Of a DNA stretch of 27,871 nucleotides, positions 15,498 to 23,267 are shown in pieces. The notes beneath the pieces are model-generated. The model was not told where the DNA came from, did no database searches, and saw only the letters and a list, made by a program, of their open reading frames with translations. A program made the position numbers and the translations under genes. Origin of the DNA: a virus (lineage: Duplodnaviria; Caudoviricetes); IMG/VR virus record IMGVR_UViG_3300033741_000014, positions 1 to 27,871 of that record. One strand, given 5' to 3'. Position 1 is the stretch's first letter, and every line of letters begins with the position of its first letter.

Positions 15498-15694
15498 TGG
15501 ACTCCCAAGTGGTGTGGATAGGCGACAGCTTGCGTTACGACTGGCTGACTTTCCACCCGGATGCCATAGCGGGGCAGGTTCCCTGTCACGAGTGCGGTGG
15601 GTCTGGCTACTGGGGATTCGGGCCAGCACCCGACACCTGTGGAGACTGCATCGATTGCAAGGGCACGGGTCGCGAGTGGGTAGGACTTGCGTGA
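15494..15694 (+). CDS. Small DnaJ-type zinc-ribbon protein
   Basis: CHECGGSG and CIDCKGTG; GTGA overlap with the upstream stop. Confidence 0.75.
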   Translation: MMDSQVVWIGDSLRYDWLTFHPDAIAGQVPCHECGGSGYWGFGPAPDTCGDCIDCKGTGREWVGLA

Positions 15695-15715
15695 ACACTG
15701 ATCAAGGTGCACACT
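15687..15715 (+). promoter_or_regulatory. Putative sigma-A-like promoter for a leaderless transcript
   Basis: TTGCGT (15687-15692), 17 nt, CACACT (15710-15715), 6 nt, ATG 15722; same geometry as 1519-1554. Confidence 0.65.
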
Positions 15716-15721
15716 AGGTAC

Positions 15722-16504
15722 ATGGACATCAACAGCACTCACCCGACGGTCATCTCCCACGAAGGATACACCTTCCTAGAGTTCAACGGCGAATTCTACA
15801 AAGGTTGCCCTCGTTGTGGAGGCGAAGGCCAGTACTCCTTCAACGGAGAACACTCCCGGTGCTACGACTGCAATAACACGAGCTCCAAGCTCGGAGTGCA
15901 CTTTGACAGCCGTGCAGACGCTGAAAAGTGGTGCCACGGAAAAGCAGTGGCACAGGCTAACCGCGACCGGCTACGTGAGAACAAGAGACTGGCGCTTGTG
16001 GCCAAGATGGAGAGCTACCAAGAAGCCGTGAAGGAAGCTGACGAAGAGGTGTACAGCTTCTTGGAGGCTATCCACGAGTCAGAAGAACCGACCAAGGACA
16101 CGTTCATAGCCAACATGGTAGACGCCCTGTTCTGCGTCTCATACGCTAAGCCCTTCACACCTAAGATGATCGCAGCAGTTCGTAAGAACCTGGACAGGGC
16201 GGCTGAGCAGGAAGCAGCGTCAGCAGCTCACCCGGCACCTACAGGCCGCGTCGTTGTCACAGGGGAGATCACTTCAACCAAGGTCGTTGAAGGCGACTAC
16301 GGCATGTCCTTCAAGATCATTGTCAAAGACGACGCTGGCTTCAAGGTCTGGTGCACCATCCCGCGTGCACTGATGGACGACCTGACCGGAGGCTTCAGCG
16401 AGGTCAAGGGACGCCGCATCACGTTCACGGCCACACTAGAGGCCAGCCGGGATGACGTAGCCTTCGCGTTCGGCAAGCGGCCCACGAAGGGTGCTTGGCT
16501 GTGA
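15722..16504 (+). CDS. Hypothetical protein, N-terminal Zn ribbon and probable C-terminal OB-fold
   Basis: CPRCGGEG...CYDC; C-terminal beta-rich GRVVVTGEITSTK...KVWCTIP...GRRITFTATL. Confidence 0.75.
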   Translation: MDINSTHPTVISHEGYTFLEFNGEFYKGCPRCGGEGQYSFNGEHSRCYDCNNTSSKLGVHFDSRADAEKWCHGKAVAQANRDRLRENKRLALVAKMESYQEAVKEADEEVYSFLEAIHESEEPTKDTFIANMVDALFCVSYAKPFTPKMIAAVRKNLDRAAEQEAASAAHPAPTGRVVVTGEITSTKVVEGDYGMSFKIIVKDDAGFKVWCTIPRALMDDLTGGFSEVKGRRITFTATLEASRDDVAFAFGKRPTKGAWL

Positions 16505-16604
16505 CCCTGTAGGGCTGGCAGGCTGGCAGGCTGGTAGGTTATGCCTACCGGCCCACGGTAGCGACACCTGAGACGACCTGACCGAGAACCGCAGAGACAT
16601 ACGC

Positions 16605-16645
16605 AAGAGGCACCCTAGGCCAGTTAGCCCAAGGTGCCTCTTTTT
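16605..16645. terminator. Probable bidirectional intrinsic terminator between the converging arms
   Basis: AAGAGGCACC (16605-16614) / GGTGCCTCTT (16633-16642); T-run on the + strand; on the - strand the stem extends further with G:U pairs. Confidence 0.75.
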
Positions 16646-16658
16646 GGTTCATTTATTG

Positions 16659-17054
16659 CTATGCAGCATGTTTCGGCAGGGAATCCGGATCAGCCACTAG
16701 ACCATTGGACACGGGGATGTCCGTACGGATACTGACGCCGAGCTGGGTGGCACCTGCCTTAATGAGGGCGATGATGATGATGATGATCTGCTCACGCGAA
16801 GGCACGCCGTCAATGAAGAACGGGATGAGAGCAATGAGCAGCACACCCACCATCTCCACGGCCATCTTGCCACCAGCGGCCCACTTCCCTTTCAGCAAGG
16901 GGACAAAGAAGATGCCGACCGCGCTTGCCACCAGCACCGAGAGCTGAAGGATGTCCACGATTTCCGGCACCGTGGGAAGCACTGACAAGGCCGTAAGCAA
17001 CACGACCAGGAACGATGCTAATGCTGCACCGTACTTCTGCATAATTGTACTCAT
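16659..17054 (-). CDS. Holin-like membrane protein (about 4 TM)
   Basis: Four hydrophobic segments, AAGGAG RBS, last gene of the lysis block; ends PKHAA. Confidence 0.75.
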   Translation of the reverse strand: MSTIMQKYGAALASFLVVLLTALSVLPTVPEIVDILQLSVLVASAVGIFFVPLLKGKWAAGGKMAVEMVGVLLIALIPFFIDGVPSREQIIIIIIALIKAGATQLGVSIRTDIPVSNGLVADPDSLPKHAA

Positions 17055-17083
17055 TATTTTCTCTCCTTATTGTTTGATGTTAC

Positions 17084-17398
17084 TTATTCCCATTCCGGCG
17101 GTATGAACCCGGCGGATGCTAATACATCCATATGGCGTTTTGAAAGGACGGGAGGGTGTTCCCCCTGCCACTGATCAGCGACTTCTCCCAGTACCACGAC
17201 CGCTGATCCCAAGACCCGTTCTACCCGGTCAAGCCTTTCCCAGACTTGCTGGGTGGTGGGTGGTGCTGGTGTCTTGATTGATTCACGATCTTTTCGTCGT
17301 TCCCTAAATGTTTGGAGCAACGCAGCAATAAGAACACCGATCAGCGCCAGAGATCCAGTCACGAACCCAGGAAACCACGGCTCTGTCGTTATACTCAT
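17084..17398 (-). CDS. Lysis-cassette membrane protein (1 TM + soluble helix)
   Basis: N-terminal TM then RERRKDR; ATGA coupling with the upstream gene. Confidence 0.8.
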   Translation of the reverse strand: MSITTEPWFPGFVTGSLALIGVLIAALLQTFRERRKDRESIKTPAPPTTQQVWERLDRVERVLGSAVVVLGEVADQWQGEHPPVLSKRHMDVLASAGFIPPEWE

Positions 17399-17886
17399 TT
17401 TGTTTCCCTGACCCTTGCCAATCTGATTCGTGATACTTGGATAAATAGCTTAGTTATGCGCGGACCTAATAGCCACACTGCCATCACGAGAACGATAGCC
17501 AGAAAGCCATTTGGCTCCCCGGGTCTTGAAAGGAATGCGACCGTGCCTGCATAACTGCCGAGCATGAACACGATAGCGAGTTTCCCGATAAGTTCAACGA
17601 TGCTGAACTTAGGGAACACCACACCTATGAGGCACAGTACCGATGCGATCATTAGAAACATTCCCATTATGTAAGTGAACCATTCCGGGAATAGGTGGGT
17701 GAGGAGTGGTGACCCAAGCGCTAACGCAGAAACTCCAAGAGCGAAAGCAATCAGATCATATGTGGGATACCAGAATCGAGGACCAGAACGCTCCTCATCA
17801 TCCGGGTCAGTATTCAGTGGATGCCATACTGTACTACGCTTGAAGCGTTCCCAGTACGTGATGACTTTGATAGGCTTAGTGGTCAC
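17395..17886 (-). CDS. Lysis-cassette membrane protein (about 4 TM)
   Basis: Start reset to GTG 17886 after GAAGGGAG; four hydrophobic segments. Confidence 0.8.
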   Translation of the reverse strand: MTTKPIKVITYWERFKRSTVWHPLNTDPDDEERSGPRFWYPTYDLIAFALGVSALALGSPLLTHLFPEWFTYIMGMFLMIASVLCLIGVVFPKFSIVELIGKLAIVFMLGSYAGTVAFLSRPGEPNGFLAIVLVMAVWLLGPRITKLFIQVSRIRLARVRETK

Positions 17887-17923
17887 CGGATTCTCCCTTC
17901 TGTGTGGCCTAGCCTGTGTGTCG

Positions 17924-18871
17924 CTACTTAGCGGCCGAGGCTGCCTTAGCAGCAGCTTCCGATGCGACAACTGCCTGAGCATCCGCAAGCGCTTTGAGCG
18001 TTGCTGTCTGCTCTCGAATGATAACCGAGGCCACACGTGGGGCTGCCTGTGCGAACGCTTCAGCGAGGACCTCAGGATCGATGACGAGGTCTTGTAGGTC
18101 AGCAACGGACACCTTTATTCCCTTAGTGTTGAGTGCGTCTGCCACTGCCGAGGCCAGCTTCACGGGGTCCAGAGTGACAGGCGCTTGGGTGTTGTTAGCC
18201 AAGGCCAGTAGCCGGATCTGACCGTTCATCATATCAACCTCAGCTCGGTTGAATGTTTCCGGCCTGGAGGAAGTCTGGTTTGACACGATGAGGCGCTTGA
18301 ACAGGTCGTAGAACTGCATACTAGGCAGGCCACCCCATCCGTCCTCAGTAACGAGCCAGCCGGTTCCACCTGTATCCCATGCGAGTTTCATATCGTCATC
18401 CATTCTGTTAGTGTTTATGTTGATCGGTGTAGATCCGCTACCTGCGGTAGAGGACGTGAGTGAGAAATAGTTCCAAGGGTTATAACGGATACCCTTGTAT
18501 TCCAGATGCCGGTGTAGGTGCTGTGCCACCCCTCCAGTGTTACCGGAGTAGGCGATTAGCTGGCCTTGGTTGAAGAACTGATTGTCAGCTCCGGTGTAGC
18601 TGGATAGGTGCGAGAACACGTCTCCCCATCCAGGGTTATCCCTGTGCTCGAAGATCATGGAGTTACCGGCTGTGCCATTGTTAGGGCGGCGACGCACCCA
18701 CCCAGCAGTCGGAGCATACACAGGCGTCCCGACAGGGGCCACTAGGTCTACACCACCACGACCCGTTCCAGCCCTCTGGATGTGGTGGAGCCAGCTCACG
18801 TCCGGGTCTCTGTCGTCCAGGTAGATAATGACAGACGGGCCATTCAACACATAGTTCTTTAGTGCGGCCAT
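17924..18871 (-). CDS. Endolysin with M23 peptidase domain
   Basis: GVDLVAPVGTPVYAP, FSHLS, GQLIAYSGNTG, HLH; S/T/G linker; helical C-terminus; upstream of holin-like genes. Confidence 0.88.
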   Translation of the reverse strand: MAALKNYVLNGPSVIIYLDDRDPDVSWLHHIQRAGTGRGGVDLVAPVGTPVYAPTAGWVRRRPNNGTAGNSMIFEHRDNPGWGDVFSHLSSYTGADNQFFNQGQLIAYSGNTGGVAQHLHRHLEYKGIRYNPWNYFSLTSSTAGSGSTPININTNRMDDDMKLAWDTGGTGWLVTEDGWGGLPSMQFYDLFKRLIVSNQTSSRPETFNRAEVDMMNGQIRLLALANNTQAPVTLDPVKLASAVADALNTKGIKVSVADLQDLVIDPEVLAEAFAQAAPRVASVIIREQTATLKALADAQAVVASEAAAKAASAAK

Positions 18872-19179
18872 CAGGCCACCTCAGCTCCCCACACAGCGGT
18901 CACGGCCTGTGCAAGCTGGGTGTCGGTTACAGCAGCCGGGTTCGCTCCGGGCTTGGGTGGCAGGGCTGCCACGGCTGCACGGTACACGCTGTCCGCGTAT
19001 GCGTGCACAGATGTGACGGTAGTGCCAGAGCCAATTTCCGTGGAAATGAGCACTCCCACGTTAGTGGTGACGAATTCTTCCGGGTTAGGGATGTGTGCCT
19101 GTTCAGCGGATGCGACAAGGCGCTTCACGAGGTCAGTGTCGTCCCGTGCTGCCATGTGCTGTGCGGTGGTGTCAGTCAT
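18871..19179 (-). CDS. Hypothetical protein between tail fibre and lysin
   Basis: AGGAG RBS; 102 aa; PG.NPAAVTD motif; TGATG coupling to the lysin. Confidence 0.8.
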   Translation of the reverse strand: MTDTTAQHMAARDDTDLVKRLVASAEQAHIPNPEEFVTTNVGVLISTEIGSGTTVTSVHAYADSVYRAAVAALPPKPGANPAAVTDTQLAQAVTAVWGAEVA

Positions 19180-19194
19180 TGTGGTTCTCCTGTG

Positions 19195-19875
19195 TTATAT
19201 CTTGATAATGTAGTTTAGTGTGACGTATGGCTGGAGGTTATTGTGGGCCGACCCGCCTCCAGATGCTGTCATAGAGTTGTCAGCAGTTCCTGTCGTATAT
19301 TGAGTATTCCCGAGGAACTTAGTCCACACGTTACCAGTGTTAGTGAGAGGAAGATTCTGGCCAGTCTGTGCGCCGTATGTCTGGTGACGGTGAGAGGGCA
19401 TTTCAGCTTCTGTTAGCGTATGCGTCTTAGATCCACCAGTTTGTCCGAGCGTTCCGAAGTTAGTGTCAGCCAGCAATCCACCTACTACCACTCTACCACG
19501 AGTGTCAGGAATAGAGAAGTGGGTGCTGTCGGGTGCTCCATACCTAGTACCGATAGCCAAGAACAGACGTGGATAAGACGACCGGAGCAGAGACTGCCCC
19601 TGAGCCAGCAGCCACCCAGAGGGGGCAGTAGCAGCGGCAGTAACTTCCATCCTACCAGACTGCCCACCACCAGCACTGATTCCATGGATAACTACCTTAC
19701 GAAGTGACAGTTCCACCCTGACCCTGTCACTAACCGACAGCTCCAGCGGGTCTACAAGCGAATCGGGGATTAGTGCTAGTGCACTTGTGTCGCCATCCAA
19801 CTTGATAGCGAGAGGGCTAACTCCGGTAACCGTTGCCCACTTGAATGAAGTGATATCTGATACGTCAGTAATCAT
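19195..19875 (-). CDS. Minor tail protein with tail-collar domain
   Basis: APSGWLLAQGQSLLRSSYPRLFLAIGTRYG...FSIPDTRGR; HTLTEAEMPSHRH; HNNLQPY..LNYIIK. Confidence 0.9.
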   Translation of the reverse strand: MITDVSDITSFKWATVTGVSPLAIKLDGDTSALALIPDSLVDPLELSVSDRVRVELSLRKVVIHGISAGGGQSGRMEVTAAATAPSGWLLAQGQSLLRSSYPRLFLAIGTRYGAPDSTHFSIPDTRGRVVVGGLLADTNFGTLGQTGGSKTHTLTEAEMPSHRHQTYGAQTGQNLPLTNTGNVWTKFLGNTQYTTGTADNSMTASGGGSAHNNLQPYVTLNYIIKI

Positions 19876-21041
19876 AATGAGATCACCTCCTGGAGTGTTG
19901 TTTTCATTAGACCGATAGGAGAAGTATCCAATTGGATATGTGTTATGACATGACGGGCATCGACACCTGCCTGCACATGCGAGAACCTGAGTACGTCTGA
20001 CACACGCACGGGGATAGGCAGGTGGGTGATCTTTACCTGTGCTTGAACAGCAGACATCTGGACCAGAGTGGTCTGAGCGCGGTTCTGCAGAAAAGTGATG
20101 ATAGCCCCGTTAGTGCCTTCGGGACATTCCACCGAGTCAAGAACGTGGGGTACCCAGCGCCCTCGGGCCACATAGGAATAAGGGCTGTCCGGGTCTGTGT
20201 TGGTCCAGGTTCCCACCAGTGCAGCGGCGTCATCTCCCCCGGCTGCCTGCACTGCGATAACCTTGTTCGGCACGTCAAAGGAGTCACGATTCCGGGTCCA
20301 AGAAGGTGTGTAGATGGACTGGCTTCCGTCACGAAGTTCACGTGGTATGCCTAGAAGCTCGTACGTGATCGACCGCTGTGCAGGTAGCACTCGCGGAGTG
20401 ACCTTGAAGCTACCATAGCCGTCCATCCACATAGCGCTGTATCCAGCCACATCAAGCAGGTCATTGATGATCTTGAGCTTGCTTGTGCCAGCCTCCCAGA
20501 CCATGCCGTTTGATGTGGCCTGAGTGTTGGACTCGTCTATAGCAATGTACTCGCCAGAGGACGCCAGGATCGTTCGTACGGTCTGCATAATAAGCGCACC
20601 GGCTGCCACTGAGTAGGACTCGTCTACGGCGTCCTGAGAAGGAACTGTGCACTTGTCAAGAAGCTCCAGGGACCACACGCGACCAGTGTTTTCCCAGTCT
20701 TCGGTCGCAGACGAAATAAGGAACACGCCCAGCGGGTTTTCTGGCAAGCCCGCGATGACGCACACGGGGCGCACACGCACCGAAGCAAGGTTCAGAGAAC
20801 CGATGCGAAGCAGACCGGGAGAGGCCACGTCTAGGTCGTTCACAGTGGCCTTGCCTGTGCCCTTCACAGCCGCGTTCTGTGTCCATGTAAGAGCGCCATC
20901 AGACACGCCGTCAAGCACTCCGACGAGCTGGTCTATGCCGTTTGAGTGTTCAAGTACTTCCCACCTGTATGACGTGACACGGTCACCGTATAGCACATCT
21001 TCAGTGGAAAGGTTCTTCACTGGTATGATTGGATCTGGCAT
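19872..21041 (-). CDS. Minor tail protein (baseplate hub-like)
   Basis: 389 aa; position in the tail operon; PLGVFL, INDLL...GY, VPNKV patterns. Confidence 0.8.
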   Translation of the reverse strand: MPDPIIPVKNLSTEDVLYGDRVTSYRWEVLEHSNGIDQLVGVLDGVSDGALTWTQNAAVKGTGKATVNDLDVASPGLLRIGSLNLASVRVRPVCVIAGLPENPLGVFLISSATEDWENTGRVWSLELLDKCTVPSQDAVDESYSVAAGALIMQTVRTILASSGEYIAIDESNTQATSNGMVWEAGTSKLKIINDLLDVAGYSAMWMDGYGSFKVTPRVLPAQRSITYELLGIPRELRDGSQSIYTPSWTRNRDSFDVPNKVIAVQAAGGDDAAALVGTWTNTDPDSPYSYVARGRWVPHVLDSVECPEGTNGAIITFLQNRAQTTLVQMSAVQAQVKITHLPIPVRVSDVLRFSHVQAGVDARHVITHIQLDTSPIGLMKTTLQEVISL

Positions 21042-21050
21042 GGTACCCTC

Positions 21051-23267
21051 CTACGAAGTTTCGGTCAGGGTAAAGGACAGGTCACCGCGTGCAGCCTTGT
21101 CGTACGAAAGGGAGCCGCTAACCGAGCCGAATACCCTACGGCCAGAGGAGTCGCGATAGCAAGCCTTGCCAGGAACTAGCAAGATAGCCCGTACCTGACT
21201 AACACTGGAACCGAATCCTTCAAAGATCAGTGACTTCACTTTTAGCTGGACCGATGTCTCTATACCATAAAGGCCGATAGGCTTGGTACGACCAGCAGCC
21301 TCGACGGTAGCACTGGCCACACTGAGTGATTCACTAACGGAAAGGTTGCCACCGAATACGACCACGTTACTGAACCCAGCGCCTTTAGAAAGGTAAGCTC
21401 GTCGGCATTCTTCGGTGACCATTATGACAGTAGTCACCGACTGAGCGCCGAGAGCGCTGGTGGTGGTGAATGTGTATGTGTTAGTGCCGTGGATAGTAGG
21501 TGTGGTATCCAGGAATGTGAGAGCAGAGGATACCGGGTATGAGCTAACAATGACCTCAGTGATGCCATCGATCTTGCGAGTGATTGTCAACGTGGTAGCA
21601 GCCGATTGACCACCAGCGGGAGAGGCGATAGATACGTTGAGCTGTCCGTAGCCGGTGTCCGGGAGGTAGCTGGCGGTCGCCACGGCAGGGACAGGGGACA
21701 GGTACACGACGTTGAACGTGCTGGTAGCCCAGCTAGACCAGATGCCGTTAGAGTCCTGCACACGTGCCCTGACAGTGTAGCTACTGCCATTCTGCACTTG
21801 GGTAGAGAGTGTGATTCCCACCTGGAGCGCGCTGTCCATGGTCTCAAGAAGCGTGGCACCTTGCTTCAGTTCAATCTGGGTACCTACGAAAGAAGCCCCT
21901 TCTGCCTGTGAGAACCCTACTGTCACTCTAACAGTGGCGTCGTTTAGCGTGGACCCGCTGGACGGCGTGGTGATGGTGGCCGCTGGTGCTGTCTTGAATG
22001 TGACAGCCCGTAGGTCAGACCACGGGGACGCACCAGTACCCTCAGAGCCGCCTGTGGTAGCAGAACCCCAAGTACGCACACGGGAAGTGAACGTGAGGCC
22101 CGCCGGGATAGTGTTAGCGTCCAGTGTGCGAAAGGTCACCGTTGAGGTGATCTTACCTGTGGTGGTGTACGAAGCACCGCCATTCAGCGAGTACGAAAAC
22201 TCATACGCCTTCTGAGGAGTGGTGTCAATAGGGTTATGCACCCAGTAGAAGTCCAGTGCAACGGCCTTGTCAGCATATGCAGCCATGGAGGGGACGTCAG
22301 GCTTATTAGGCGCGACAAGAAGCTGCACTGACTGAGTGGTGGAGTACCCAGAGTACAAAGACCCACTAGCCGACCGGACACGGTAGACGTGCACCTGCCC
22401 TGAGTTGGGTGCGGTGTGCGTGTAGCCGGTTGTCCCAGAAGCCAGTGTGGCCAAGGCTGAGCCGTCCCACGTAGTCACACCGCCGGACACCGTGCCGTGC
22501 CACACCTGATGGGTGTGCTCAGTGTAGGCCACATTAGGTGTGAAGGCAATGTCAATATTGAGGCTGGAGTTCTTCACAGCGGTGGCGTTCGTGGGCGCTC
22601 CGGGCGTGGTGTACACTGCCGCAGACGCGGCTGACGTGCCACCGAACCCAGCAGAGTTCCACGAACTTACCTTGTAGGAAAGCTTCTGGTTAGCGGCAGA
22701 AGTGACGCTGGCTGATGTAGTGGCTCCAATATCCAATACCTTGTCATAGGAAGAACCGTTGACGGAGCGGTAGATCTGGCTGGATACAGGCTGGCCGTTA
22801 GACGCTGAAGACTGTGCCCACGAGACGTTCACGGACGTGTCAGACACACGTGCAGCAGTCACACCGCTAGGCGTTCCTGGGACGACCTTCAGAGTGCTGA
22901 GACCGAGCGTGCCTTGCGCAGTTGCGTCCCCGAGTACGCCATATGTGTTTCCGTCGTCAAACGACCCGCCGATATAGGCAGAGCCGGTTCCGTCTGCACT
23001 GTGGTTGATAGTTGTAGACCCAGAAGCAAGGGTCAGGAGGCTGTAATTTCTGAAGTCATAACTGCTGAATGAACCGGAGTACGTGTTACCACCGATGTTC
23101 ACAGACCAGTAGTGAGGACCGCCTGCGTACTTGCCGGAACCAGTTCCCTTGATGATCTCGAGATACCACGACACGCTTGACTGATTAGCCGAAGCGTTAG
23201 TGGATGCCTCCCAAGCGTTCATTCTTAGGACATAGCTGGATGCGAGCCCAGCATCGTAATTAGCCAA
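21051..23267 (-). CDS. Minor tail protein with fibronectin-III-like repeats
   Basis: S/T/G-rich beta protein after the TMP; PGTPSGVTA...VSW, YRVRS, YTVRARVQD..G.WS.W. Confidence 0.85.
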   Translation of the reverse strand: MANYDAGLASSYVLRMNAWEASTNASANQSSVSWYLEIIKGTGSGKYAGGPHYWSVNIGGNTYSGSFSSYDFRNYSLLTLASGSTTINHSADGTGSAYIGGSFDDGNTYGVLGDATAQGTLGLSTLKVVPGTPSGVTAARVSDTSVNVSWAQSSASNGQPVSSQIYRSVNGSSYDKVLDIGATTSASVTSAANQKLSYKVSSWNSAGFGGTSAASAAVYTTPGAPTNATAVKNSSLNIDIAFTPNVAYTEHTHQVWHGTVSGGVTTWDGSALATLASGTTGYTHTAPNSGQVHVYRVRSASGSLYSGYSTTQSVQLLVAPNKPDVPSMAAYADKAVALDFYWVHNPIDTTPQKAYEFSYSLNGGASYTTTGKITSTVTFRTLDANTIPAGLTFTSRVRTWGSATTGGSEGTGASPWSDLRAVTFKTAPAATITTPSSGSTLNDATVRVTVGFSQAEGASFVGTQIELKQGATLLETMDSALQVGITLSTQVQNGSSYTVRARVQDSNGIWSSWATSTFNVVYLSPVPAVATASYLPDTGYGQLNVSIASPAGGQSAATTLTITRKIDGITEVIVSSYPVSSALTFLDTTPTIHGTNTYTFTTTSALGAQSVTTVIMVTEECRRAYLSKGAGFSNVVVFGGNLSVSESLSVASATVEAAGRTKPIGLYGIETSVQLKVKSLIFEGFGSSVSQVRAILLVPGKACYRDSSGRRVFGSVSGSLSYDKAARGDLSFTLTETS

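Noticed and set aside
17887-18105. Extended start of the 17395-18105 ORF
   Set aside because: It overlaps the endolysin; GTG 17886 has a good SD.
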